A stretch of 62,989 bases of DNA, the filler included, from Cercozoa sp. M6MM (lineage: Eukaryota > Protista > Endomyxa: Ascetosporea), in NCBI GenBank assembly GCA_040357565.1. It is 9 parts of 9 records of this genome, joined end to end, with 100 filler letters (N's around TTAATTAATTAA, not from the genome) between each part and the next. Parts side by side here need not be neighbours in the genome. Positions count along the whole stretch, not along the records: positions 26,960 to 44,118 come from JBDODJ010000269.1; positions 44,219 to 47,632 come from JBDODJ010001472.1; positions 47,733 to 50,730 come from JBDODJ010001656.1; 6 more parts are not named here. One strand, given 5' to 3'. Position 1 is the stretch's first letter. Every line of letters starts with the position of its first letter. Shown piece after piece: positions 36,009-48,929 of the stretch. Both the position numbers and the translations under genes were made by a program. Under the pieces are notes generated by a model. It made no database searches. It saw nothing but the letters and a program-made list of their open reading frames with translations, and was not told where the DNA came from.

Positions 36009-39000
36009 ATGAGCTCTTATCGCGGCAAGAGGCGCGGATCGTTCCGTCAGCAGAGAGACGGTCGGTCTGCCAAGAGGCAGCACAGCTCGTTGCCCGAGTC
36101 GTGTGTGGACCAAGAGCTCGTCCAGCAGCTGCGCAGTGCTCTCCAAGAAGAAGAGTGGAAGAGTGCGTTTGCTTTGGCGTGGTTCAACTCACGTGATTGT
36201 AACTGATCGCTGATTTGAGTTCATCAGGCGAGCTGGGCGCGGTGGACGAGGCCAGATGCGGCATCACCGAGTTCACTACGGATCCGTCCCTATCGATGGA
36301 AGGACTGATCAAGGAGCGCTACACTGACTTCCTCGTGCGCGAAATCACTCCCGAAGGAGGTGCTGACTTTCTGTTCCTTTTGCTGGCTGGTCCCAGTTTT
36401 TCTTTTCGGTATATCTAAAAAGCAATGGCTGCTGCAGAAGTGGTGCGTCTGTCGGCGCAAAAGAAACAAGAGAATAAAGGCGAAGAAAAGAAGGTGGACG
36501 ACGAGGCGATTGAAGCACTGAAGTCTTACGCGGCCGGAATCCCGGGCTGCCACATTGCTGCCGAGAGTAAAATTCTCCTTTTGTATTCAAGCAAATTAAC
36601 TTGTTGCTCCTTGTTTCTTTCAGATGACAAGGAAGACGAAGTGCACCCGACTTCGCTGACCGAGTTTCTTGAGAAGTCGATCGCTGCTTTCGATTTGGAA
36701 AGTACCTTTGCTTGTTGAATCCGCCTGCGGTTCTGTTGATGCAGTTTTGCAAGCAGAGCCGGATCGTCGCACTCGCTCGTTCGCCCTGCTGCTGCCGGAG
36801 GTGCTTTCGCCTTTCTTTTGCAGTCCAGTTTGGTTGTGACAGACGTTGCTTGTGCAGGACTATAGCAAGGACGACCGAAAGCAGTTGCACCAGCACATCA
36901 AAGCTCTGGGCAAGCACTTTGACTCGGCTACTGGTATTTCAGCTTTCACACGCTGACTCGCTCTGGCTCTGATCGGTGCTTCCTAGCCGAGCACGAGGGC
37001 AAGAAGTGCATCAAGGTCGTGTTCAACGCGTGTCGAATGTTGCAGAAGCAGCGCATCAGTCGCGACAAGAGCGAGGCTTTCCTGCACTTCACTCTGCATA
37101 AGGTCAACTGCGACAGCATGTCGGCAATCAAGAAGATCGCTCAGCGGTGCCGCATGAAGCCCACAATGTTCGGCATCAGTGGTACTAAGGACAAGCGGTA
37201 CACTGTTCTCTTTCTCCCGTTTTTCGTCATAAAAGCGACCCAGACATTTTTTGTTTTTGGCACAGCGGAGTGACCACCCAGCGCGTTTCGGTCAAGGCCA
37301 ATCAGTGCAACGAGAAGAAACTTTTGGGAGCTGCGAGAAGTCTCGACGGCATTCACGTGGGCGACTTTCTCTACGCCCCTGCACGCATCGATCTCGGAAA
37401 CCATTCGGTGAGCAGCAAATTTTATTGGCCCATGACCTTGGTTTTTCAAAAGTTTTGCTCTTGTGAATTTTGCGTACCGTCTTCCTGGCTCTTGAGTGTG
37501 AAGGAAGATACAAGATGACGAGCCCGAGCGCAAACCGTTCTTGAGCTGAGTGGTTTTCACGACGCACTCGAACACAAAGTTGATGTGGAAATTTGAGGCA
37601 TTTGTCTGACACGTTGTTTTTGCTTTTTCTTTTTCAGTTTGGCGGGTCACTGATCATTTTGCTTTGCTATAGGGCAATGAGTTTACTGTGGCGCTACGTG
37701 AGGCTCGCAGCACATGCGACAAGCCGCTTGACGAGGTGGCGCAGCAGGTGGCGCAGCAGGTGTGTTTTTCTGTTTTTGTGACTGACTGATCAGTTTAGCA
37801 CTTTTTGAGAGCTTTTCTTTTCTGTCCCACAGGTGTCGCAGACGGGCATCCTCAACTATTTCGGCATGCAGCGCTTCGGAACGACGTCGGTGGGCACGCA
37901 GGCGATCGGGCGCGCCATCTTGCGTCGGCAGTTCGTGCGTGCTGTTGCGTTGATTCTGCTGCCGCGAGAGAACGAGCAGCAACGTATTCAGTTGGCCCGA
38001 GGTGGGTCCTTTTCGCTTTCACTGTTTCCGTGCTTTGGCATGTGTTTTTGCGATGCCGTGTTGCAGCTCACCTGGACGAAAGCGCCGATCTGGCCCTGGC
38101 CCTACGTGAGATGCCGCGCTTCCTCACGGTAGTCTGTACAGATAGAGTTTCCGTGCGGAAGGAGTGTTTTTGACCTGTACAGGCCGAAACGGCAGTGCTG
38201 CGTTCGTTGATTCAGAACAAGGAAGGCGACATTGAGGGCAGGTGCAAGTCGGCACTGCTGTGTGTGCCGAAGCGTCTGTTAAGCATGTACAGTTTGCTAT
38301 GTGTCAACATGTGTGGTGTGTATGCTGGCCATGCTGTAGGTACGTGCACGCATGGCAGAGTGAGTTGTTCAACCGCGCCTTGTCGCTGCGTGTGTCGACG
38401 TTCGGTGCCGACAGTGTCGTGAAAGGCGACTTGGTGCAGGTGGATTCGCAGGTCACGCTGGTGCAGGATCCTTCGCAGCACACGATCGATCAGGTCGTGC
38501 TGCCGCTGCTGGGCCAGGCGTGCTTCCCTGCCGACGCGGAGCCGCTGCTGCCGCAGAATGCGATCGGAGACTTCTTTAAACAGGAGTTGCAGCTGGAGAA
38601 GATTCTTCCGGCCGACGCCTTCTTCAGCAAGGTGTACGAACTCGCCGTTCCCGGCGGCTTCCGCTCCATCGTTGCGCGTCCTCTGCAGGTGCAACCGTCT
38701 GTCTGTGTCTCTGTCTCTCGACTTGAGGCATTCTTTCACCTTGTGCTGCTTTCCTTGACTGCAGGGCACGGTGACGTCGCAGACTCTGTCGTACGCGTCG
38801 CGCGAGCAGCAACTCGTGGAAACTGGCATTCAAGACGACATCAGCGGCGAGACTGGCGACTCGCAGGCCGTGGTCCTGCGCTTCTCGCTGCCTCCGTCCT
38901 CTTATGTACCTTCTTGACTCTCTGGCCTTCTGCCTGTGCGTTTGCTCACTCGTGCTGCTTGCTGCAGGCCACGATGCTGCTGCGCGAATTCACCAAGTGC

Positions 39001-39081
39001 GACACCAACAAGGCCGCGCTCATGAAGCAGTCCGAGGACGCTTCGACTGCTAGCACCTCTGCCGACGCCTCTGTCGAATAG
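36009..39081 (+). CDS. PUS7: TruD-family pseudouridine synthase PUS7
   Basis: IKERYTDFLVREI; SGTKDKRGVTTQ (catalytic Asp); GNEF; NYFGMQRFG; YVHAWQS; FSLPPSSYATMLLRE. Confidence 0.95.
37496..37612 (+). ncRNA. Intronic box C/D snoRNA, U15 (SNORD15)/snR75+snR13-like dual guide
   Basis: In 265-nt intron 37408-37672: AGATGACGAG + D' CCGA (37524), C'-like TGATGT (37581), GAGGCATTTG-T-CTGA box D (37606), GTG/CAC terminal stem. Both guides complement conserved LSU rRNA CAAAUGCCUCGUCAUCU. Confidence 0.85.
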
Positions 39082-39564
39082 TTATTTAGCTCTGCTGTTT
39101 CCATGGTTGTTTTGACCAGTGACCTGACGTGCCTGTGATCGAGTCATCGAATTAAATCGAAAAATCAGAATTTTTCTGCGCTTCTTCAAACGGCGGACTT
39201 TTGTCGATTTACTTTGCGTGCACGTGTGCTAGTCGTGGCGAGCGTAGTGTGCGATTCCCTGCAGGCCTCAGGTGAGTAATGATGGCGACAAATCTGAGAT
39301 CGTTTGTGACGGAATCGAGTTGAGTTAAGTCGAAGATTCCCGAGTTTCCTGGGTTTGGTTTTGTAGCTCAGGGGTTTTCTGCACATCTTTTTGGCGTGTT
39401 TCGCTCCAGTTTCGCGTGAGAGCGCGTAATTTCCGTTTTTTTCCCGGGTGAAACTGCAGTGGAGTTTTTCTTGGAATTAAACTGCGTGTCTCAACGCGAG
39501 TGTGCTTTTCGGTTTGAGTTGATAGCTTAGCAGACGATTGCATGTGCAGACGAGGCGACTGATC

Positions 39565-42500
39565 ATGCGACTTTCAGAGGAGGATGACGACAGGATACCG
39601 GTCACCGATATGGAGGCGTTGGAGAATATGCTTGGTGATCTCGAGGTACGTCAGATTGCTTGAGCTGCTTCAGATGGACCGACTGATCTGGCGAGTCAGG
39701 ACGAAGTGCTTTCGGACGACAGCGGTCTGAGCGAGAACGAGGACTTCAAAAAGACTGAACAGACGCAGCCGCTGCTCATGAGTATCGGCGATGACATGTA
39801 TTTTTTATTTTCCGTATTTTCTGGCATCCGCGCGGAAGCTCGCTTGTGTGAAATGCAGCGTGCCCGAAGATGACGAGGGTTACGTCGAGTACAAGTGGAA
39901 ACTCGTGGACGTACGCTCAGTGTTGATGCATCAGTGTGGCACGGGTCATTTGTGTCTGATCACTCTCGTTTTGTGTTGTTTGTGACTCAGTTGACACGTG
40001 ACCGAATATCACACCTGGCGACTCAGATGCGCTTCCGTATGTCAGAGGGGTGCTTTGAGCCTTATCTCTTACCGTTGAGCCTTAGACCTCCTCCCCGTGT
40101 AGTGGCGGGCATTGTTTCTACATGCTGGGATACGGTGACGACGGTCGTGCGCGCGGACTGGACGACGACGAGTTCGACGAGACGCTAAACTCGCTGCGTC
40201 AGGTGTTTACCCCCCCCCCTCGACTCCCTTTATCCCCTTTACCCCCCTCCCCCACCAGGTGGCCAAGTTCCTGTCGGACCCAGAGGGTACCCTACTGGAG
40301 TTGAGCCAGCATGTCTGAACAAGCGTGTTGCGGGGAAACAGGCATCGTGGTGCAGCTCAAACTGGCGCGTACGGCCAAAACTGCCACCGGCAAGCGGTAG
40401 CTTTACTGAGGGGGGGGTAAACAGGGGGGTAAACAGGGGGGTAAAACTCTTCGCGCCTGCAGTGTGGCCGTTGTGATCGCTCGACAGCGACTGCGTCAGT
40501 CACTGGCAGATGTCCGGGTACACAAGTGATCGATCACTTTCGATCACATGATCGATCAGTCGACCACGTGTGCTCGACCACGTGTGCTCTCTCTGTGTTG
40601 CTGTAGATCGCCGTGGCCGGTCATGTCGACGCAGGCAAGTCCACGCTGGTCGGTGTACTGACCACTGGTACGTTTGGACTTCCACCTCCTGTGTAGCCAC
40701 TCGTGTAGCCACTTTTTGCAGGCCGTCTGGACGACGGACGCGGCAGTGCGCGCGCCTCGGTGTGCCGCCACCCGCACGAGCTGCGCTCGGGCCGCACCTC
40801 GGCGCGCGCCTACGCGCTGCTCGGCTTCGACCGGCGGCGCGCCTGCGTGAACCTCTCGCTGCTGCGCGCCTCCTGGGACGAGATCCTGGCGCGCTCGCAC
40901 TCGCTCGTCACTTTTGGTATTTTCCTGCTTCCGCGCGGACACTTTTTCGTATTTTCCTGCATCCGCGCGGACACTTTTTCGTATTTTCCTGCATCCGCGC
41001 GGGCGGCAAAAATGTTGGTTGCAATAAATTTGGCGTCTGCGCAGTGGACCTAGCCGGTCACGAGAAGCACTTGCGTAGCACCGTCAGCGGTCTCACCGGC
41101 TGCAGTGGCGGTGCTCTATGTTCTTGCCTGTTGACTCTTCCCCCCCCCCCCAACACAGTCGTGATGTTGTACTGGTGCGTGCAGATGCGGTGCTGCTGGT
41201 GGTGGGTGCCGCGCAGGGCGTCAGCAAGATGACACGCGAGCACGTCAATGTGGCCGATGCCTTGTGGTACTCTATGTGTATGTATACATGTAATAGGTAT
41301 GTACCTATATATATGTATATGTGTATATGTATATATGTATGTGTATATATGTATGTGTATGTGTATATATGTATGTGTATGTGTATATATGTATGTGTAT
41401 ATGTATATCTGTATGTGTATATATGTATATGTATATGTGTATATGTATATATATGTGTATGTTTATGTATGTATGTATGTGTATAATGTATACATATATA
41501 TATATATATATGTATATATGCATATGTATATATGTATCCATATACATCAAGATATACATGTAAACATCACATTAACATATATACATATACATATATACTT
41601 ATACACATCACATATACATATACATATACATTTAAATATATGTAAATGTACAGTTTTTATTTATGTGTATATATATATGTACATATATACATGTACAAGG
41701 GGATGTATATCTGCATCTATATACAAATGTAAGTATGTGTGTGTGTGTGTGTGTGTCTCAGTCTGCCAATGATTGTGGCCGTGACCAAGACGGACACGGC
41801 GCCGAAGCACAAGCTACGACGCACGCTGCGCGACGTGCGCGCACTCATCGGCGCCAAGCGCTGCCGCTTCGTCAACAAGTCGTACGGCTGCTTTCTGTGC
41901 CCCTTAACCAAACTGGACTGGTCCTGGACTGGTCCTGGACTGACCTGGGACTGAACTGACCTGGACTGACCTGGGACTGGACTGGGACTGGACTGGACTG
42001 GACTGGTGTGTGAGCAGTCAGAAGAACACGCAGAACGCGGAGAGTATCGTGCCTCACCTCAAGCTGTCGCAGCATGTGCCTGTCGTGCTGTGCTCCTCCG
42101 TGACTGGTACAGTTGGCGCTCCTTTTTTTTGTTAAGGGGGCTCACATATGGTTAAGGCTGCGTGTCTGGACAGGCACGGGTCTCGAGGTGCTGCGCAGTG
42201 TGCTGTACGCGTGGACGCAGCACAAGGCCGATCTGCACCTGGACCAGCACATCGACAGCGATACGTACTTGCTTTGGTTTAATTGAAGGGGCGTCGGTTT
42301 CTGTAGTTAAGGCTGCGGTCCTGTAGAGACAGTGCGCTCGAGCTGAGTATCGAGGAGAGCTTCTTGGTATGAATGATATAGCCTGTTCCCCTCCCTTTAA
42401 CCTTCCCCTTTAGACCCCCCCCCCTTTACCCCCCTCCCTGCAGGTACAGGGCGTAGGCGTCGTGGTAGGCGGCACCGTGCTGCGTGGCACAGTGTCCACC

Positions 42501-43249
42501 GGCGACAAGGTGCTCCTCGGTCCAGATGGTAGTCTGTCTGTACGAGTCTGTACACCCGGGTCCATTTGACCTCCGTGTGTGTGTGTGTGTGGTAGAGAAG
42601 GGCCGCTTCCGGCAGGTGACGGTGCGTTCGCTGCACTTCAAGCGGCGTGCCACGTCGAGTGTGTCGGCTGGACAGAGTGCCACGCTGGCACTGCGAGGTG
42701 TCAAGCGACACGAGCTGCGCAAGGGCATGGTCGTGCTGCACAGCAAGGCACTGCCCGAGCCGGTGGTCGAGTTCGACGCCTGGCTCGCACAGCAGCCGGG
42801 CCAGCAGCCTCTGCGCGAGGGCTACGAACTCCTGGCGCACGCCGGCACGGTGCGACAGACCGTGACTCTGCTGCAGTGCTATCCGCCTGGCTCTCTGACA
42901 CCGTCGCCGTCGATGACCTCGCTCAACACGCAGGCCCTGCTGGGCTCGTCCTCGAGCGACGACAGCGACGCCGAGGACACACCGACCTCCTCGCTGTCGG
43001 AGCGGTAGCTTGAGCCACTCCTGCCTAGCCCTACACCTACACTCACTACACCTACACCTACACTCTCATGTCTGCCCTCGTGTGTGTGTGTGCAACAGCT
43101 GGCGATGGCGACAGCGCGTGCGAATGCGCTTCCGGACGCCGCAGTACATCCGCGTTGGACAGCGCTTCGTGCTGCGTGACGGACACACTAAGGCACTCGG
43201 CGAGGTCGTGCGGATACACGCTGCCGCTGCTGCCTGCAACTCTGCCTAG
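39565..43249 (+). CDS. GTPBP1/GTPBP2-family translational GTPase
   Basis: [14 protein letters not shown]; GHVDAGKST; LDDGRG; [11 protein letters not shown]; DLAGHE; MTREH; VTKTD; beta-barrel domains II/III. Confidence 0.92.
41270..41760. repeat. Long AT/GT-rich microsatellite intron
   Basis: (ATGT/AT)n switching to (ATAC)n within one GTPBP intron. Confidence 0.9.
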
Positions 43250-43423
43250 CTACACTAGTCGACCTCGAATTTCGTTCGTTCTTTTTATTACCTATCAGGT
43301 ACGGGGCTGCTCGAGCGATCCCCGACAAGCGTTGCGAGTGACACTGCAGGACATCGCAGCAGGCGTTGAGTCGAGGAGTCGAGTAGCATTCGGGGACGTG
43401 ATACCATGCCAGTTGGCGAGTTC

Positions 43424-43477
<54 letters not shown>

Positions 43478-44118
43478 GGGAGGGACTTGGGTACTTGAGG
43501 AAGACGAGCGTAGCGTGCCGCGAGTGTTTGCGTGAGACGCGAAACTGTCGCACGCAGCGTGCCTGCACGACACGCGGCAGCTGGCGCAGTGTCATGCTGG
43601 TGCCGCCCTTGTTTTTATTGGTCTTGTTTTTATTGGTCTTGTCGAGTGTCTCGGTGTCGCCGGCGAGCTGAGTCACCAGAAGCACTCGCTGCGACACGAC
43701 GCACTCGACGTGGTACACCGGCGTTCGGCCCAGTGTGCGGCGGCGTCGTCGTACGCGGAACCACAGGTGGTGCTCGCCCTGTGCAGATCAGGTCGCAGTG
43801 AGGTAGTGAGGTAGTAGAGTGAGGTAGTAGTGAGGTAGTAGTGAGGTAGTAGAGTGGGGTAGTGAGGTAGTAGTGAGGTAGTAGAGTGGGGTAGTAGTGA
43901 GGTAGTCGTGAGGTAGTAGAGTGAGGAAGCAGTGAGGTAGTGTGAGGTAGGAGTGTGAGGTAGTAGTGTGAGGTAGTAGAGCGAGGTAGTAGGCCGCACA
44001 CAACCTTGTTCATGTCGGCCGCCACGTCGTGCATGGCGTGCACGGCGCAGTGCAGCACCGTGAGATCGCCCGCGTCCTGCCGCGGCTCGAACGACAGCGC
44101 CGTCTCGTTGTCGCGCGC
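43188..44118 (-). CDS. 3' part of a hypothetical protein
   Basis: GC3-rich exons separated by repeat-filled introns (e.g. 43795-44003); no motif recognised. Confidence 0.5.
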
Positions 44119-44218
44119 NNNNNNNNNNNNNNNNNNNNNNNNNNNNNNNNNNNNNNNNNNNNTTAATTAATTAANNNNNNNNNNNNNNNNNNNNNNNNNN
44201 NNNNNNNNNNNNNNNNNN
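44119..44218. other. Artificial contig spacer
   Basis: Same linker. Confidence 0.97.
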
Positions 44219-44409
44219 TATATATATATATATATATATATACATACATACATATACATATACATATATATATATAACGAACGTGCATACATGCATACAC
44301 GTGCATACATACATACATACATACATACATACATACATACATACATACATACATACATACATACATACATACGGACATACATACATACATACACAGATAG
44401 AAGTGTACT

Positions 44410-45860
44410 GTAAGAAGTCAAAATCGTCCTCAACTGCCTCGTCATCACCTCGCTCAGCTACAAGGATAGGCGAGGAGGGGGTAAGACAGGTACAGGGACG
44501 ACAGAGGAGGTACCTCTCAGTGTAGCCTCAGGTGACGCCAGCGCAAAGTTCGAGCGCACTCGACTGAGAGCGCGCAGGCACAACTGCACCTGCTGCTGCG
44601 TCACGTGCACACCTACATGAACAAAGTGTAACAGGAAGGGGGTAAGGGGTAAGGGGTAAGGGGTAAGGGGTAATGGGCAGAAGGCACTACCAAGCGAAGG
44701 CGACATCGACGTGGCTGCCTCATTTTCGAACAGTGTCGCCAACTCATCCTTGAGTGCTGTAGCGTATGCGCACATTTATCGGTACAAATGGACTGGACGG
44801 ACTGGTAAAAATGAACGGAACAAATTGAAACTACCTAGCCGGCGTGTGCGCACATCGCGCAGTAGCTGCAGCTGACACTCGTCGATCAGTCGCCTCGCCA
44901 CCGCTGCCATGGCCTGGGGCAAGGGGTAGGGGTAAAGGGGTGTGTGTGGGGTAGTGTACCTCCTGCATCGAAGGCAGGAACCGACGCAGTTTCCGTGCAC
45001 CTGCACCGGTCGGTATACCTTTTGTCTAGAGATCCCTTGCATGTGCCAGTGCGAGAGTACCCATGGGCGACACGTAGCACACGGCGCAGGCACGTGTGTA
45101 GCCACGCGCATAAAAGTCGGGCACGTTGAAGTGGTACACCAGCGCACTCAGACGGCGCGGCTGCTGCGCCAGCTGGGCGGCACTAAAGTGAGAGGGGGTA
45201 AATTGATAAGGAAAGGAAGGCCAATAAAAGTAGACCTACCGACGGGACATGGCGGCCTCCGATGCCGGGTCCTGTGTCGCTGCGATTTCGTTCTTCACGG
45301 CATCTTTTCTTTTCTACAGAGGCGGGGGGGGTAAGGAGTAAAAACGTAGGTGAGTAGGCGGAAAAGTGCGCACCCTGGGTGTGCTGCCTTGCTGCGCAAT
45401 GTGCTGCAAAATCTCGGGTCGCAAATCCTCGGCACTCACGCACTTGTCGATCACGGCACTGCACAACACACAGCACACGTGCGATGTGTCTGCGTGTGTC
45501 AACAGATCGATCAGGTACGTGTGGAAGTGCGAGCAGCGACTGATGCACGGCTGTCCGCGCGGACGGCGTCGAAAATCCACCGCCATGCAGCGCAACACAA
45601 AGCGCTCGACATCTGTCAACATAGATACCAAGTACCGCGGGGACACAGATCCCCCACACCCCTCCCCCCCCCCCCCGAAATGCACCAGTTGTACCAAGTG
45701 TATGGGCCAATTCCGACGAGAGGTGCGACAGGCGACGGCAGCAAACCTGCAGAACACAACGAATGCTCAAACTTGACCAGGCAAGATGACTTTTTCAGAT
45801 TACAGGCCCAGTGCCCTCGTCGAACTCTGCAACAAGCACAGAGTCGCCTACACGCGTCAT
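44410..45860 (-). CDS. SMCR8-like (folliculin-family longin/DENN) protein, 3' partial
   Basis: [12 protein letters not shown]; [10 protein letters not shown]; [25 protein letters not shown] parallel the SMCR8 motifs ISEFSEQVGP, LRIMSVDY, HLTLYDLEARGFVRPFCMAYIS. Confidence 0.72.
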
Positions 45861-46192
45861 TTTTGGGACTGCCGCTGCACCTGCCCAGCGCCACACACAG
45901 CCTGGTGCGCTTTAAGTGTAGATCTGCCAGCCACGTTGTTTTATTTTTTCGTGCGCTCACTTCGACGGTTTTTAACGGTTTCGCAGTTCAGTGATTGGCG
46001 CGATTGGCAGTTTGAAATCACAAGCGCGTTTCTTGCGCACTGTTTTTTGGTCAGCGACATCCTCGATAGACAATTTCAAGCGAGCGGGCTGGCGGTCTCC
46101 TAACTCTCAAGTGACAAAGACGCCAGCTACTGTATTATCGATATTGAGGGAGAACTGGAAGGACTCGAAAAGCCGAAGCTTGCCTGCCACCA

Positions 46193-47485
46193 ATGCTATT
46201 GAAAACAGTCGCACTGTCGCTGCTGCTGACTGTGCATGCCAGTCAGTCTCCAACCGACGAGCTGTGTGCTGACGCCAACAACTGGATTGAGCTGCACGGC
46301 TGTGAAATCGATGGCCAGACCGGCCAGTGCATGCGTACGCTGATGTAAGCTGTGTGTGTCTGAAGAGCCTTGTATATGTTCAATGATATTGAATGATAAA
46401 CATGCTGAAATTTAGCTGTCGCTACGACGCGGAACAGCAGCTCAATCTCGGCTGCGAGGCCATGGCATGCGCCGGAATCGGAAACAGCACGACGGCTGCA
46501 GCCACTACAACAACGACAACTGCAGCCACGACATCCACCACTGTGAACACAAGGTACACTCTTTGGCTCCCACAATGGTTTGACTGTTAAGCTGAATCGG
46601 CGAGGTAATCTATGGTCAGGTTCACTTGTCGGGCGTTTGGGACTCCTGTTGCGCATCCCGAATGGTTCCCTATAAAATTTGCTTGTCCTTCCCGACCTGT
46701 TTATCCCTTCTCATATTTTACAGCTCTGATCGACGTGACGCTGTAGCCAATGGGCAGTTGCAACGACGTGCGTTTGACCTTGTAGACGATCTGGCGTGCG
46801 CTTTCGTCTGGGAGACTCGGTGCTACGACAGCATTCTGCTTGAGTGGAGTGATGAAGGGTACGACATATGTGTCGTTCAGGACTCGACGAGCTACCAATT
46901 TTGTCTGTTGAAAAATAGTAGGTCTTGCGGCGAGGCGTGCACTGCCCTGGCGGTTCCATGCCAAGCGTCATTTTGCCGTGCGAGGGTGCAGTGTGTGGCA
47001 CAGGAGCTGGGTATACCTTGACTAGGCACGCATCTTTCACATTGGAAAGCAAGCATGCATACTGTACATTGTGAGCAGAACAGGCCTCGCCCAAGTGCGG
47101 TGACGTGCGGAGCTCCGTCACATTGGGTACACAGAAAATCAGTCGCTCAAGCTATATTTCTGCTCAGCAGAAAGCTAAGACTCATCCTGCGATGTGTTTG
47201 CAGGCAAGGCACGTCCGAACGAGAAAGTCGTCGATGTGAACGTTGAACTGCGCTGCGGCTTTCTCTGGCCGGTTGGATGCATGGACATGAGCACAAACAC
47301 CTTCCTCCCTACGTAAGAAAATTCACAGTATCGTGACACAAGACAAATGTGCCTGCATATTGCATGTTGTTTGAGTGTTGCCTGCATGCAACAGCGACTC
47401 GCAGTGCGTTGACTGTCCAGACTGGGCGATGGCTTGTTCACCCGACAAGTGTCTTGGCGACAATGGTGATGACGACCCGGACCCG
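46193..47485 (+). CDS. Secreted Cys-rich protein with Thr-rich linker, 3' partial
   Basis: Signal-like MLLKTVALSLLLTVHA; many Cys; TTAAATTTTTTAATTSTT. Confidence 0.55.
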
Positions 47486-47527
47486 GTACTACACTAAACA
47501 ATGCAATCTGTTTGCTCTTTCACCTTG

Positions 47528-47631
<104 letters not shown>

Positions 47632-47632
47632 T

Positions 47633-47732
47633 NNNNNNNNNNNNNNNNNNNNNNNNNNNNNNNNNNNNNNNNNNNNTTAATTAATTAANNNNNNNNNNNN
47701 NNNNNNNNNNNNNNNNNNNNNNNNNNNNNNNN
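47633..47732. other. Artificial contig spacer
   Basis: Same linker. Confidence 0.97.
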
Positions 47733-47744
47733 CCCTGGTGACAG

Positions 47745-48405
47745 TGCACCTCTGCACCTGGACGTTGCGGACTTTGTGCAACCGGCGCACTGCAGCAATG
47801 CGCGTTTCTCTGACATGTGGCAGGTGGGTCGTTCTAACTCCCAGCACAGCCCTCTTCCCCCCCCCCCCCTGACCAGGCATTCGAGTGGGAGAACAAGGTC
47901 GACGTGCGCACCAATCTCACAGGTAGAAGCTGTTTCAGCCCCCTCCCCTTCCCCCTCCCTCTCACCCCTCTACCCTCCTCACTCAGTGCTGCCGGCATTC
48001 CTGCGTCGCTTGGCGTCGATCACGGGCACGCGCTGTCTGACGCGCAACCTGCAGGGCAACGCCGACTTCCTGAACGCCAATCTCTACGGTCGCACTGTCT
48101 TTGGCGACGATGCGCTGCTCAATGTGTCGGTACCCCTGTCTTCTATCCCTACCTGCTACCCCATGCTACATTCCTCTTAGGTCGAGAGAAGAGCCGATGG
48201 CAGTCTGGCTGGCTCGGTGCGTATCCGTGCCAAGACGCGGGTACTCCTACATATATGTTCATGTGTAGGTATCTTGTGTGTGTGTGTGTGTGTGTGTGTG
48301 TGACGACAGGGAGTCGCCATGCTGCTGGGCGACAAGGTCACCAGTCGGCAAAAGGTCGAGCACCCGGCCGTCTACGAGCAGTCGCACGCCGCCAAGCACG
48401 TCTAG
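47745..48405 (+). CDS. COPB1: Coatomer beta subunit, C-terminal appendage (5' partial)
   Basis: FSDMWQAFEWENKV; FLNANLYGRTVFGDDALLNVS; VRIRAKTRGVAMLLGDKV. Confidence 0.92.
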
Positions 48406-48929
48406 GCCGCGTTACGTGTACCGTAGCCGGCGGCCAATGGATGCGTTAGTTAATTCAGTCTACGAATAAACCATCGTTGTCAGTTAGTTAGTTGACGGAG
48501 TCTTGTATGAAACCCAGTCCGGGGTGCGGTGGATCATAAAACTCCCCTTTCATTGGACAACGAAGTCGATTTCTTGGTCAGTAGACACGACCGCGCCTTG
48601 TGACCCATCCCAGACTGGTTCAATGGGACTGCTTAAATGGTTTCGTACAATCTACATAGCCTCAGGCCATTTCTGGGTGACACCTCGCGGTCAGGAGTGA
48701 CGCACTCGAGGGTGACACCTCGCGTTCAGGAGTGACGCACTCGAGGCCGAACTCATCTGGGATATCACTGCGAAACTCAAACTAAGGACGGAAAGCAAAC
48801 ACAACGATGATCGAAACACGCTACCAGCTGCCGACGGCGTGCACGGCTTTGTGGAGGCACACCGTACGCAGGAATCAGAATACTGCACCAAAACGTCAAC
48901 ACTGACGTACAGTAAGTAGTGTACGGTAG

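Noticed and set aside
12379-39081. RNA-modification gene cluster (RluA plus PUS7)
   Set aside because: On different contigs.
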